Source: Podarcis bocagei (lineage: Eukaryota). Taken from it: a stretch of DNA of 64,000 bases. The translations under genes were made by a program, and so were the position numbers. The stretch lies in assembly GCA_964188305.1 (NCBI GenBank), contig OZ076887.1; one strand, written 5' to 3'. This document shows, piece after piece, positions 12,635 to 26,388 of the stretch (positions within the stretch are counted from its first letter, which is position 1; each line of letters starts with the position of its first letter). Below the pieces are notes generated by a model. It did not search any database. It had not been told where the DNA came from and saw only the letters and a list, made by a program, of their open reading frames with translations.

Positions 12635-14175
12635 ATAGAGGAGTCCCATCCCATAGTGCTCCTCTGTTGTTCTTCTTAACCTCTCAAAAACAAATCTAAA
12701 TGAGATTAAGCCACATGTGCTACCTTGGACTGCTCAGAGAAAAAGCAGAATCCAAAACAATGAAGATGAGGATGGTGATTATGATAATGATGTAGTCTGT
12801 TTCAAGCTTTTAAATCCTTCACTTCCATTCAGGTATGAAGCATCTCTCTGCTCCAAACTGTATTTTTCCTAATTACCCTGGGTAGAGCCAAGTCTTTCCT
12901 CATAACCACCCTCTCCTCTTTGGAGGGGCAAAGGTCAGCTCAGATTTTCCAAAACGGATACAAATCTTTAATTTTAGATACTACATTTCCAGGGGCCTTG
13001 CCAACAATGTGACTGAGAGAGAGAGAGAGAGCGTGTGCTGGCATGGTGGCTGATGCTGCTCTGAAACGGGAGGGGAGGTCACAAAGCCATCCCCGGAATG
13101 ATGGCCACGAGACGCTCCAGAGATTCCGTAAACTGTGCCAGAAAATCTCAACCAAAACATACAGGAGGCTCACGTGAGCCCCAGCACTGTAATGGGTGGA
13201 ACTCCTAAAGGGGCCATTCACGACTCCTGTTAGCTTATCTCAAGCGGACAGCATGGAGACTGCCAAGTATCAAAGCCGATCTGTGTTTCAAACCCAGAAA
13301 GATAAAGTTTGCTAATGACTTGATTTATAGATGCACACCCAAGTAAAAGAGATCAGTGCATCATAAGAACCTCATACTAACTGAACGGGCAAATGCCTCC
13401 TCATTGTATTGGGTCAAACCATTGATCCATCTATTCCAGTGCCTATTCTTCCAGGAAACCCACTGACCAGCTACTAATCAGAAGCCTGGAGACTGAAAAT
13501 TTCTGCGTGCCCTACAGTTTGTTTCAACAGTAACGTATAGGTCTCAGCAAGGCAACGTATTTGTGTACCTTGATCATGTTTCTCCCCTGCACAGCTCAAG
13601 CCCAGGTTTTCTCCCACTACTCCCCAACTTAGCAACCCATATGATAGATGTACAAATCACAATTTGATTATGGATAATAGTACTCTGCAAAGAGAAGAGA
13701 AAGTGGAGGCCATGAAAGGAATAGGAGACACATTTTATTGACAACAACTTTATTCTCTCTTTTGAAGCTGAACCAGAATAGTAACAGGACTCCCCCAGCT
13801 GTGTCCAAGTCCAGTGCCACCTAGAGGCCAAACTGTATCATGACACTATCCACATAGTGACTTAGTGGCATCACATGCATGCAGGCCAATCAATCACTGC
13901 TCTCCAGGGCTGGCTTGGTTTTTGAGGGAATAGAGAGAAGGTTCTCCTTGAGGTTGATCCTGAATGTGAAGGCTGTATGTTGGTACAAAATGCAGGGAAT
14001 GTCCATTGCTAGGAGGTTCATAAATCAAGTTCTGTGCATTTATATACTGCCTGAAGGTTCTACAGAAAGGAGGAATAACTCCAAAATTGCATTTCCATTG
14101 CTTTCATTTAGCTGTCAGGACATGAGAACTTGCTAATGGTCTTCCTAGGTTCTTCTTGTACATAAAGTCACCCAG

Positions 14176-14180
<5 letters not shown>

Positions 14181-14231
<51 letters not shown>
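14181..14231. repeat. (GA)n microsatellite
   Basis: Direct reading. Confidence 0.95.
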
Positions 14232-14233
<2 letters not shown>

Positions 14234-15272
14234 ACCACTGGAAAGCAATGGATGGTCATGCTGCTTTATATATTTGAAATAGTTTACGCTGCCTTTCATA
14301 AAATATCCAAGATGGCTACTCATGACAAAAACTGATTTTTAATAAGGGTTATCAACAACAATCTCAAGCAGTAGGACAGCAAATAAAATCCAAATGACCG
14401 ACACCTTAAAGGCTAAAAATATAAGAGTCAATGAAACATTTTTAAAAAATCAACAAAGGTCTATACATTAATAATACCAGGGGGTGGGAGCAGAGTGGGG
14501 ATCGGAAGGTACTAGGAAGAGTTTAAAACCCTTCCTACAAACTCAGTGGCTTTCTATAAAGAAATGTCTTCTACAGTTACTGATGCAGAAGGTCATGAGC
14601 AAGGAATCAAAGTGGGTCTCCTTAGGGAGGGAGTCGGAGTCTGTACTAGACACAGAAAGACCCTCTCCCTGGTCCCCATCAAGGCACTGGTGGGGTACAT
14701 GGAATCAGAGTTAGAAGGGACCTTGGAGATCATCTAGTCTAGGTGTGGGGAACCTTTGGCCCTCCAGATGTTGCTGAACCACAACTCCCATCAGTCCCAG
14801 CAAACGTGGCTAATGGCTAGGGCTGATGGGAGTTGTAGTTCAGCATTATCTGGAGGCCAAAGATTCCCCACATTTGATGCAGTCCAGCCCACTGCCCAGT
14901 GTAGAAATCATGAAGCCACAGCATCCCTGGCAGATGGCCACCCAGAGTGTACTTCAGTATCTCCAGTGAAGGAATGCCTTGACACTGCACAGAAAACATG
15001 TGAAAACTACTTGAAAACACAGAAAACTACTTGTTCCTTTATAGGTCCACCATTGCCAGATGATGTCCACATTGCTATGGCTCCAAGATGCTTCTCCTAT
15101 CTTTCTGGATCTGCAAGAAAGTTATATTGATTGATTGTAGTTATATGCCATCCAATCCAAAAAGGGTCAGGTGAGTAAGGGGGAAAGTAATAAATATCTT
15201 ATTAAAATAATATAAAGCAGAATGACATTGAAGCAGAACAAAACAGCATTAAAATCCCACACAGAGACACTT

Positions 15273-15611
15273 GAGGCCTTCTCGGTAGTGGCACCCTCCC
15301 TGTGGAACACCCTCCCTTCAGATGTCAAGGAGATAAAGAACTACATAACTTTTAGAAGATATCTAAAGGCAGCCCTGTATTGGGAAGTTATTAGTGTTTG
15401 ATGCTTAACCAGTGGCGTAGCGTGGGGGGTGCAGGGGGGGCGGCCGCACCGGGCGCAACATCTGGGGGTTAGGGTTAGGGGCGCAAATCCACGGGTTAGG
15501 GGGCGCAAATCCACGGGTTAGGGGGCACAAATTACTTGTCTTGCCCCGGGTGCTGACAACCCACGCTACGCCACTGTGCTTAACTATGTTTTATATATGC
15601 TGTAAGCCGCT
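15273..15611 (+). mobile_element. L2-type LINE 3' fragment (same family as 6444), interrupted by a hAT MITE
   Basis: gccttctcggtagtggcaccctccctgtggaac...cagatgtcaagg...tttagaagatatctaaaggcagccctg, similar to 6555-6634/7847-7890. Confidence 0.75.
15410..15576. mobile_element. Young GC-rich hAT MITE with internal TTAGGG-containing tandem repeats
   Basis: TIR CAGTGGCGTAGCGTGGG / CCCACGCTACGCCACTG; perfect 8-bp TSD TGCTTAAC. Confidence 0.9.
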
Positions 15612-15613
15612 TA

Positions 15614-15965
15614 GGGACGTGGGTGCCGCTGTAGGTTAAACCACAGAGCCTAGGACTTGCCAATCAGAAGGTTGGCAGTTTGAATCCCTGCAACGGGGTG
15701 AGCTCCCGTTGCTCGGTCCTGCTCCTGCCAACCAAGCAGTTCTAAAGCACGTCAAAGTGCAAGTAGATAAATAGGTACCGCTCCGGCGGGAAGGTAAACA
15801 GCGTTTCCGTGCACTGCTCTGGTTCATCAGAAGCGGTTTAGTCATGCTGGCCACATGACCAGGAAGTTGTATGCTGACTCCCTCAGCCAATAAAGCGAGA
15901 TGAGCGCCGCAACCCCAGAGTCGGTCACGACTGGACCTAATGGTCAGGGGTCCCTTTACCCTTTA
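15614..15965 (+). mobile_element. Sauria SINE (Squam1), full length
   Basis: Near-identical to 8259-8612. Confidence 0.92.
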
Positions 15966-16324
15966 ATGCATTTTTAATGTTGCACACCACCCTGGAATCT
16001 TTTGATAAAGGACAGTATATAAACGGAATAGAGAAATGATAATAATAATGGGTCTCCTCTGAGTAGAGTCAAACATTGGCTACAACTCGATGAGTTGGAT
16101 CCAGATGACAGCGCTTTGATTAGACCCATTAAGATGAATGAGTCTTAAAGGTTGAGTCCCATTGATTTTGATGGATTTCCTCTAAGCCTGAGCAGATCCA
16201 ACCTAGTGTTGTTAAACAGGGCGCCCCTGGCTGGCATTGGAACAAGGCTGCCATCTCTAATGGAGTCCAGCCTATTTGGCAGACAGGGCACAGGTGATGA
16301 GTTGGTGCTGTGCTAATGTAAGAT

Positions 16325-16560
16325 GCCGTAAGAACAAAAAGAAAGCTCTGCTGGATCAGGCCAATGGCCTGTCTAGTCCATCATCCTGTTTTTGCAGTGG
16401 CCAACCAGATGCCTGTGGGAAACCTGCCATGACTGAGTCAAACAGCACTCTGCCCACCTGCAATTCCCCAGCAACTGAGTATTGCCTCTGGCAGTGGAGT
16501 TAGAGCACAGCTACTGCAGCTAGCAGCCTTCCAGTGCATGGATTTGTCTAATCCTGGGTA
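16325..16560 (-). mobile_element. Old CR1 3' fragment (similar remnants at ~1970-2160, 8678-8765, 26028-26180, 32495-32705)
   Basis: ctgctggatcaggccaatggcctgtctagtccatcatcctgtt motif typical of the reptile CR1 3' UTR. Confidence 0.6.
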
Positions 16561-18277
16561 GTGATAAGAGTGAACAGAGCTTGCATCTCCCACAAGTCTT
16601 GTTAAACTAAGTTTTCCCTTGCAAAGCATGCTATTAAAAACGCCCCCCAGAAATCCTTGCTGTGTTATTGTTCAGAGAAACTCTTTAGGCAGACAAGGCT
16701 TGAACAAAACAGAACACAACCACCCCCACCAGCACCTAGTAAAAGCCCGGAAGGAATGGCATTTCTGGTTTGCACCATGAAAACAGGTGACATTTCTCTA
16801 CCCTTCCCCGTACTTACCTTGCTCGGATCCAGCTGGGTGGCAGAAATTTAAATGTCTGTCGTTCAAGGGAAAAGTTTATTTCATCCAACAAAGAGGTTGT
16901 CTCCATCAGAAAAGTCTCGTCCCTGTCTGAAGACACGGGCGAGCTGCATTTATAGCGGCATTCTTTTATTTTTATTTTTATTATTCAGCTTTTCGGTAGA
17001 AATGTCACCTTTTTCAAGCAAGCTGTTATCGTGTGTTTCCCAAGCCAAACACATGGCCTCTAAGGAGAGAGGGGTTTGGGGTTTGTTTTTTATCTCTCCG
17101 TTTTGAGCTATTTGTGTTTCTCTTTCAAGGAGCTCCATGCCTTAAGGCACCTGCAAAAACAGTAACATCGCAAGAAGGTGCAGTTATTCGAGATGCATCG
17201 GGATGGGATGTTCAGTGGCGCGAGAACAGGGGAAGCATCCCACAACACCAGTCACCTTACCTTGTAAGCTCCATCTCTAATGCAGGCCATTCCCCCCCCC
17301 CCCACACACACACAATGCCAGCGCCACTTTTCTTCCGTTCGCTCTTTGTTTGCACAGTTGGGACCACTTTCTCAAAGAGTCAGTGTGCCTGACAGCAAAA
17401 TAAGCCACACGAAAGGCTCAAGAGCAGCCAGCACAACTGTCTGCGATGCCTGCCAATGAACCAGATGCTGCCACATATTGGCATCTGGGGTCTGGAACGG
17501 CTACCATGCTCTCTCCCGTTTGGCTGGGGATGCTGCTCCCGACTGCTGAAGGAGACAAAAAGGAGAGGAGGCAGAGGGAGGGAAATGGGGGGCCGGGGAC
17601 ATCTACAAAGGATCGTTTCGCTGGGGACCGCTTTGAGTGCGTAAGACCTGCCATTCGCCCCAAGTTCATCTATAAACGTGCGTGGGAAAGCCCCAGCGCA
17701 GAGTTCTGAGCAGGGTTTTTGTCGGAGATCAGAAGTGCTCGTTCTCCGCATCAAAAGCTTCACGATCTTCATCTACCCTGAGACGAGGCCGCAATCATCT
17801 CCTGCTGGTCTCCACACGGCACACAGACAGGCAGAACTCCCTTCTAGTTTGGAGGGAACTCCCCTTCAGTTGAGGTCGGTCAAACATCACCCCTCCCCAT
17901 TGAACTTCTGGCGCCTACTGAAGACTTTGAAAATTCAGCAGGCATTTTAACTGAATTTGGTTTTACAGTTTAACTGGTTCTTAGCGTTACTGTATTGTTA
18001 CTTGCAGGACACATTGGAAGCAGCCTTATAGCGAGTCGGGTTGTTGGACCATCTAGCTCAGTATTGTTGACCCTGACTTTTCCAGCCTCATTCACTCATG
18101 GGGAACCTTCTAGAGCCAGTGGATGGCGGAGCCAGAAGTAAAAGTGGGTGGGGCCAGCATCCAAAGTGGGTGGGGCAATGGATGCCACTCTTATTCTTGG
18201 TGACATTCCAGCCACATAAAAATTTGAGGTTACTATACTCACCACTCTCCAGGCAGGCAGGCAGGCAAGAGGCATTA

Positions 18278-18518
18278 CAGTGGTACCTCGAGTTACAAAT
18301 GCCTCAGGTTACAAATGCTTCAGGTTACAAACTTCACTAACCTGGAAGAGTTACCTCAAGTTGAGAACTGTGCCCCAGGATGAGAATGGAAATCGTGTGC
18401 CGGCAGCGCAGCAGCAATAAGAGGCCCCATTAGCGAAAGCACGCCTCTAGTTAAGAAGAGTTTCAGGTTAAGAATGGACCTCCAGAATGAATTAAGTTCA
18501 TAACTAGAGGTACCACTG
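18278..18518 (-). mobile_element. Tc1/mariner-type MITE (related subfamily, opposite orientation)
   Basis: TA|CAGTGGTACCTCGAGTTA ... TAACTAGAGGTACCACTG|TA. Confidence 0.85.
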
Positions 18519-19898
18519 TATTGCCATTCAAGGACACATTCCAGCCAGGCAAAAGCACCTGAGGAGACAGAGAAGAAGGGTCGGTGAGATGTGTGGCTTC
18601 CAGGGGTGTGTGTGGCCATGGCAGAGTCCCAAAGACTGGATTGAGAGATCTGGAGGACTGCATTTGGGTTCCCAGGACTGAGGCCCTAACTGACCATGGT
18701 CTCTTCTGCCTCTTGTTTTGCCAACTGAGGAGAATGACTAACTGCATGCTTCCATGCCTCATCTCCTCTCTTACATCGTAGTGTGATTTTGAGGGTCATC
18801 TGAGTAGCTTCTTTATCCAAATGGGCAGCACAGTACAAGGAAGGCATTAATACCGCTCAGAGGGTTGCCCAGAGATCAAAGCCAGGACAGACTGAAAAGT
18901 TCTTTGCAAAATCACAATGACTCCAGAAGTGCTACAGAAATGATAAACAAAAGGGAGCAAAGGCGGCCGCTCCCTGTCCTTGCCGTATGAAACCTTGCCG
19001 GACAAAATGATGAACTAAACAGTTTCCTGCATATTAGTGCCTATAATTCAATTAATTTGTCTTTCCATCATATTTGGGAAAGAGAATTGCTCAGAAGTTC
19101 ACGCGGTGCCAAGGCAAGACTATCCAGAGATGCGCCGCTTATTAACCCCCAGTCAAATTAGAAAGAGGTTTTGCATTGCCGGTTTTTCGAAAGAGCCTCT
19201 GACCATCACGACATCTGTTGTTTTCTTGGCTGGTCCTCCCCTAATTCAGTTTTAGGCTTCCCTAGCCAGATCATTTGCCAGCTGGCCAGTGTGGTTTACT
19301 TCCCCCAGAAGGGCTTTTCCCAAACCAGCCAAACCTAGGATCTTGGGTTTACAGCTGCAGAAGAATCGGGGTGATTGCCCCTCCTTCCTGTGCCCAACAC
19401 AAGGCCAGATCAACCCTCCAGCAGGAGAGCTTTAATCCTCATTGAGCACTCGGCTGGCCAAAAAGATGGAGGTAGAGCTGCCTTTGGTGAATCATTGCCT
19501 GTGGTCCCCCAACAGCTGGACCACTGCCTTAAGCCGTCACCCATCCACAGAAGCATTATCTCTTTGATTCCCACTTTAGTCCTTGTTGGAACAACAGCAA
19601 GGACAAATGTAATTCATCCTGCCCGGCAACGGACCCACGACTGCCACTAACACCAACACCACCACCATCCTGGACCAGCTGTGTGCTGCCTCCAGAGTCA
19701 GAGGGAGTGGGCCTCTGAATGCTAGTTACTGGGTAACAAAAGTGGGGGTAGTGTTGTTGCCCATGTGTCGTGTTTATAAGCTCCCCATGGGCATCAGCTT
19801 GGTCACTGTGAGACCAGGATGCTAAACCCAATGGGCCTTTTGTCTGATTCAGCAGGACTATTGTTCTATTGTATTCTTATTCTCTTTTTGGGATGTTA

Positions 19899-20345
19899 GG
19901 GGAGGGATAGCGCCTCTGGTGGGAGACACGCCATGCTCCTTCTGGAGTAGTTTGCCCACCTTCGGTCCCCACCCCACACTCAGCTCTCACCTGTGGCTCC
20001 TAGAAGCTGTCAGCATGCGACAGCAGCCACACCCCAGGAATGGCTTTGGCTGGCCAGCTAAAGCAAGTGAGGCTAGCTGATGGGTCTCAAACCCTCAGTG
20101 AGTTATGGAATTCCCCTGTATGTGAAGACAGATTCCGGTGGATTGAGCGGAAAAGACCAACAGTGTGTCCAACGATCAAGAAGGTGGTTTCTGTATCTGC
20201 TGTAGAGGGAAGTGAGGAGCAGATGGGGCTCGTCAACCTGGGAAGGTAGCCCATCTAAGAGAAGGAATACTCAATACTCTGATCCTAAACTTCTGCTGCC
20301 TTCAGGAGAAGAAAAGGCTAGGTAGTAAACCCTCCACAAATCAGA
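19899..20345 (+). mobile_element. Probable non-LTR retroelement 5' region (RTE/Vingi-like)
   Basis: Motif gtcaacctgggaaggtagcccatctaagagaagga...ctctgatcctaaac resembles 5' UTRs I recall from these families; not verified. Confidence 0.35.
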
Positions 20346-23185
20346 ATTCAGATAAGTACAAATTTCAAAGGATGGCTATGTTTTTGTTATATTGTTTCAG
20401 AAAGCGCAATTTTGATAAGTTCAACTTTCAATACATCAATCAACCCCACACCCCTACTGCTAATCCAGAAGTTGTGGGCGCATCGCTTTCTTTCAGTGTC
20501 GCTGTAGAACACTGGTTTAGTGGGACTTTCCAGGGTAAATTTCCACAGGGCTCTTTTCACATATTGCTTACACATGTTTAACCAGACCTTCCAACATTCA
20601 GGTGATCCAAATCAGGACACTCGTTTTTTTCAGTCCTGAACTCTCATGGGAGTCAACCGACTCAGGCCAGAGAGCAAGACCAAAAAATGAGCGTCTTTTG
20701 ATCCAGTGTTCTGGCGCGAAAGAGACCAAAAAACAACGCCTTTTGGTCTGGCCAGCTGGCTTGCACCAGAGCACCAGACCAAAATACAGGACATTCCAGG
20801 ATCCAATCAGAAGCTGGGAGTGGCTTCTGTAATTCCAGGATGTTCCACTTAAATCGGAACAGTTGAGCAGTATGGTTTAACTATTTTTCTACATGGCCTG
20901 AACAGAGGGTTGGCTGAAGCCTACCCCATCTCCATTGCAGATAGGAATAGCTATTGTTCCAGGGCATGTCCCACCATCCAAATGACTGCATCGTGTTGAC
21001 ACGGAGTCTGCCCAGAATGCATTTTTTTAAAGAACTTATTCCACCTTTTCTGTTTTGTGTCAAGCACCAAGCAAGGAGAAGACCCTTCAAGGTGAAAGTG
21101 GGCAAAAGGTAGGCTGGGATCTACATGTAGAGTGCTAGATCATTTACAGTAGATCAAGAAGATTTTCTGACAATTATTTAAAAACAAAGTCAGATTTATT
21201 TTCATACTTATGCACCCACCACCACCACCGAAGAAAACTAGTTTGTTAGATTCTCTGATCTGCAGTAATTCAGATGGATGCCCTTCAAGTCATCTGATTC
21301 CAAGCTATTCTTTTGAATCTGTCTCCAGGGAATGCACCATGAAGTTCTGGATTACAACAAAGTAGATCCCACAAGCCTAAAGTCTGCCCACCCCACCTGA
21401 AGACATTTGAGGTGGTTGGAGAAAACAATTGCAACTGTGGGGAGCAGAGGGCCCTTCCCCCTCTTTTCCAACGCAGTGCATGTATAACACTACAATCTTA
21501 AGCCGTAAGGCAGATAAAACTGACAGAAGTGCATGATAAGTTCAATTTTACATTGGTGCTTGCCTGCTTCATTCATCGCATGTGCCTGGGAATTGTGAGA
21601 GAACGAGCATTCAGCGCTTCTCATTTAGATTACAGTCATCTCTTGATTAAATCTCCTTCTGAACAGCAGCATATTGTAACTTAAAAAAATAAATAAAGTA
21701 TTGATGGCTACGAAAGCAAATAAGCTCTCATTTTATTACTTAAATCACTCTCATAAATCTTGCCAAAGAGGAAGTTCCTGTTTCTTCAGCTTTCCATTTG
21801 GCGTCCTTGAGAAAACAATCAGAACAACATTCACAAGAAATCTACAGTCACTTGAGTTCCTACTCCCTTGCATCTTGTTTAGTCTAAACATGTTATGGGA
21901 AGAACCTGCAGGCCTCCCCTGATGCAAAATCTACCAACTGGAATCTCTTTGTAGGAACTTTTTAAAGGACATCATAATTTGCAAACCAACAGAAGAGTCA
22001 TCTAAGGCTATGCAACGGGAGGACCCCCCCCCCCAGACACCCTTTTTCTTGCACATTCATGATGATTGGGGCGCATGATGGCATCAGGGCACTTATGCGC
22101 AATCCCACTTCCAACACTGTCTGCACCTGCAAGTCTGGGGGTTGGACAGGTTGCTTTATTCCCAATGGGTGCATGCCCCATTGACGGCATAATTTGTGGC
22201 AGTGGGGAAAGTTTTCAATTAGCAATAATTGTACCTTGGATTAACCTCATGGTCTTGTTGAAGTCCTGTAACTCTGCATGCCACAAATATTCAGGGTCGG
22301 GTGCTTCTTGTACCACAATGTGGTAAAAGACCAACCAGTCTAAGCTGGTATCATTATTGTCCATCAAATGACTCCAGGGATTGAGGCCTTCAGAATGAGA
22401 TCCTCTTCCAAACCAATGGGGGACACACTGCTGGAAGGAAACACTATATTTCTCTCAACTTCAGAGATTTCCTCACCTCTCAGCACAGGAAGTTGTTGCT
22501 GCAGCTCACCTGAGAGACTTCCTGTTATGTAGCCATGGAATGGTTTTGCTCAAAGGAAGTTTTGGAGAATGATGTAATCTTGGAGAGCCCTCCATCATAG
22601 TAATTCTACTGGTGACCTGGTTGCAGCCTACAGTGTTATTACAGTCCTGTGGCTTGTGTTTATATCACAAGGGAGAGAGGGAGTGGGGAAACAGGAGCAG
22701 AATAATTTCAAAAGAAAAGAAAAAAAGAGCTTCCAGATTTCCTTTGCTTAAATGAACTCTTTTCCTTTTCCATATTATGTGACCACGCAGTCCTGGTGCC
22801 TAACAGATGCAGTCTGTTCAGATGAACTTGGGGGACAGCCCATAAAAATCTAAGGTTGACCCATGAACTAGGATGAGCAGCGAGAGTTGTTGAAAAGCCT
22901 GAAAACTCCTTTACCAAAAGGAATTTGCCCTTTGTTCTCCGGATAAAGCTGGGGGGAAAGAATGCACAGGCGAGAGATATTAACGCATCGTGGTGTACAA
23001 GCGACCCAGCGTACTCTGCAAATGTTCAGAGGGGCTGGTGATGTTTTGCTTTTACAAAATGAACGTGGTGGGGTGACCAACCTGCATATCGGCTAATTAT
23101 TTCTGTTCCAGTTCTCACTTGTGAGTGAACTGACAACTTTGCCCATCTTGCTGGAGACATTTCCCTGGCAGAGAGAACTGAAAAG

Positions 23186-23585
23186 GAGGGATGGGGAGGA
23201 AACTGAGTTCACATTTAAAGGCGACTCGATCAAATCCACATTTCCCGAAACAATGTACAAACCAAAACACGGCCATCTTTAGACATCGGCACTTGACTCT
23301 CAACTTTGCAGTGGAGTTCTCCAGCCAAGTAACATGTACAAAAATGCTATGGTAATGTGTGTATAAAATTGCATATTAACATGAAAAAAGTGTGTTATAT
23401 GTGGAGAAACTGCTTTGCAAAAATGTCTATGTCAGGCAAAATCGCATGCCAAATTGTGTATATGGGGGGGCACTAAATAGCTGCTAAGTCTTCATGAGGA
23501 CTTAAATTTGAAAATGTAGAGGACGGAATTTAAGACCGGTAAAATGAGAAACTGAGATTAATATTGATAGATCCGCCCATCCCTA
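23186..23585. mobile_element. hAT-type MITE (~400 bp)
   Basis: Ends (G)AGGGATGGG / CCCATCCCTA; TSD CTGAAAAG / CTGAAAAA; similar to 24438-24854. Confidence 0.65.
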
Positions 23586-24040
23586 CTGAAAAATACTCTT
23601 TTCTTTGCTGTGTGACCCTTCTCAAAGTTGTGGGCTTCATCTTTCACTTTGAAAAGTGGGTTTCTCTAACCCGTAACCAGTTGCTGGAGAGAACTGCTTG
23701 AGGCTACGATGACAGCAAGTCTCACTTACACATGCAAATATATAGCAGGTGGTAATCCTAAGGCTTCAATCCTTGCCAAACGTCCTGGGGAGAAAGCAAC
23801 ACTGGGAATTACTTCAGAGAAAATGTACACGGGATCAGTTGATGTGCAGAGGCTGCGACAAAAATGGGAACTCCAAAAAGGAACAGGAAGCAGAAGAAGT
23901 AGCACTTCTGAATTCTGAACCACTGTTCTCTGAATTTCCCTGAAGGAGGACCAGTAGGGTATGAAGCACAGAACTTCATTTTTGTCTACCCCCCACCCAT
24001 CCCCCTGGTTGTGGGTTGTTGTTTTTCTTGTTGTTGTTTA

Positions 24041-24388
24041 GGGTGGCGCTGTGGGTTAAACCACAGAGCCTAGGACTTGCCGATCAGAAGGTCAGTGATT
24101 CGAATCCCCGCGACGGGGTGAGCTCCCATTGTTCGGTCCCTGCTCCTGCCCATCTAGCAGTTCGAAAGCACGTCAAAGTGCAAGTAGATAAATAGGAACC
24201 GCTCCGGCGGGAAGGTAAACGGCATTTCCGTGCGCTGCTCTGGTTTGCCAGAAGCGGCTTAGTCATGCTGGCCACATGACCCAGAAGCTGTACGCCGGCT
24301 CCCTCAGCCAATAAAGCGAGATGAGTGTCGCAACCCCAGAGTTGGCCACGACTGGACCTAATGGTCAGGGGTCCCTTTACCTTTTACT
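24041..24388 (+). mobile_element. Sauria SINE (Squam1)
   Basis: Near-identical to 8259-8612; lacks the first ~7 nt. Confidence 0.92.
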
Positions 24389-24437
24389 TCCCGTTTGGAA
24401 GCTGCAGCGAGCACCAAAGGTGCAGAAACAGTTTCTG

Positions 24438-24854
24438 TAGGTATGGTCGGGTAGAAGTTTAATTCAGTTCACATTTTAAAGGCAAACTTACCTAACACAC
24501 ACTTTCTGAGAGGCAAAGCGAAACGCAGCCAGCCTTTGAAATCAGCCCTTTTGCAATGCAGTTTCTCCAGCCAGGTGATGGGCACTAGTGCACTAGTGCA
24601 AAGTGTGTTTCTAAAATGTGTGCAATAGTGAAAATAACACACGGGTGTGAATTATATAAGGAAAAACTGCTTTGCCAAAATGTGTCTGTTAGGCAAGGCT
24701 GCATGCCAAAAACGTGTACGTGAGGTGAAAATTCACATTAAGAACTAGCTCCTTTAAAAAAAAAAAAAAGCAAACTGATGAAGAAACGCAGAGAACTGAA
24801 CTTGAAGAATGAGAAACTGAGAGATACTGAAATGGACATATTTGCCCATCCTTA
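24438..24854. mobile_element. hAT-type MITE, second copy of the 23186 family
   Basis: Shared internal motifs ttctccagcca, ctgctttgc.aaaatgt, aatgagaaactgaga; ends gcccatcctta. Confidence 0.6.
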
Positions 24855-26323
24855 CCCAGAGAGAGTAAGACACCTGAAACCCACCATGCTGGTCTTTCCA
24901 TGTGCTGCCCTGGAATGTAGCAGTCTTCTGAGTACATCAAAGACCTCCCCAAAGCTTTCAAAACATTGGGCTTGCACAAGAGAGAGCACTTCCTAGTTGC
25001 TTATAGTGAACTGAAGGGTGCCTGCACCAAATATCAACAGGGCACATGCCAACATGCGGGTGGTGACAGCTCCCAGCTCTGGAACGCCCTTCCTTCAAAG
25101 CCAAAGCAACTCTCAGAGGCAATGTTGAAAAGCATCTTCTGCAGCACGCACTTAGCAATCTGGGAACAGTGCAAGAATATCCTCATAGCAGTTTTTATCT
25201 CTGAAGACTTTGAATTGGTACCCTCTGTGAGTTATAAATTTAATAAAACAAAAGCATTTTTTAAAAAGAAAATCTCTTTATTTAGATAGAAATATCAACT
25301 TTGAGTGCTTTATTTCCCCCACTCCCTTCCCTCAAAACATCTGCAGCCCGCAGTATCGTCTCCTTTTTTTCTCCCTCCGGCAAAATTACCAACATGTTTT
25401 AAGTACCAATGGCAGAACTACCATGATTTTTATGGACTTAAGCAGTTGGTGGGCATACAACCCACCTGAAACAGCTTCTTAGTGAACAATCTGTTTGAAA
25501 AGAGTGATTGTTTTCCAGGAAAGGACAGCCATCTTCTTGTGGACAGCCCATACATGTAGTCAGAAACTTGCCTACAGCAAGTGCCATGGAATTCAAAATG
25601 GTAGAATTCTGTTGCATATGGAAGGCTTCCAATGCGCTTCTTGGTGAAGCAATTTAAGATGACCCCAATCCAAATCTAAGCACGCCAATTTGGAGGCTCT
25701 CTCCTCCTTAGGAGGGATGCACATAGGTAAGACACAAACACACATTTATTGGGTGTTTCTGAATGAAGAAACAGCATGGCAGTGGAATCTAGGAGGCGGC
25801 AAAATGACATTTTTTCAGAATTAATATGCACATGCAAATAGATCGTGCGGTACACGATTCCATTTTGCAGGTGGGATCCTGCACGGTTCAGCATTCCCAC
25901 ATGAAAAAAGAAAAAGCCAAAACAAAACACCACAACTGTCTTTTCCCATTAAAAAAAGCCCTTCTTTAGCTTTGCAGGGAGGGGAGATGGGCCGGCACTA
26001 ATGCTTGATATGTTAGCTTTCCATGGTGACAGAATCACAGAACTGTAGAGTTGGAAGGGACCTCAAGGGCCATCTAATCCAACCGCCCCCGCCCCACAAT
26101 GCAGGATTCTCAGCTAAAGCATCCAGGACAGATAGTTGTCCAACCTCTGCTTAAAAACCTCCAAGGAAGGAGAGTCCAAGGAGGTTCTGAAATGGGGAAG
26201 CATCCCAAAGGTTCCCCACCTGTAATCTGAGATGAGACAGGTAATGAATTCCATAGCACTTGATTTTTATCTGCCTCTACAGATGAGACCTAAAATAGCC
26301 TAAACAGGAATGTGGCAGCTTTG

Positions 26324-26324
<1 letters not shown>

Positions 26325-26385
<61 letters not shown>
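26325..26385. repeat. (TA)n microsatellite
   Basis: Direct reading. Confidence 0.95.
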
Positions 26386-26388
<3 letters not shown>

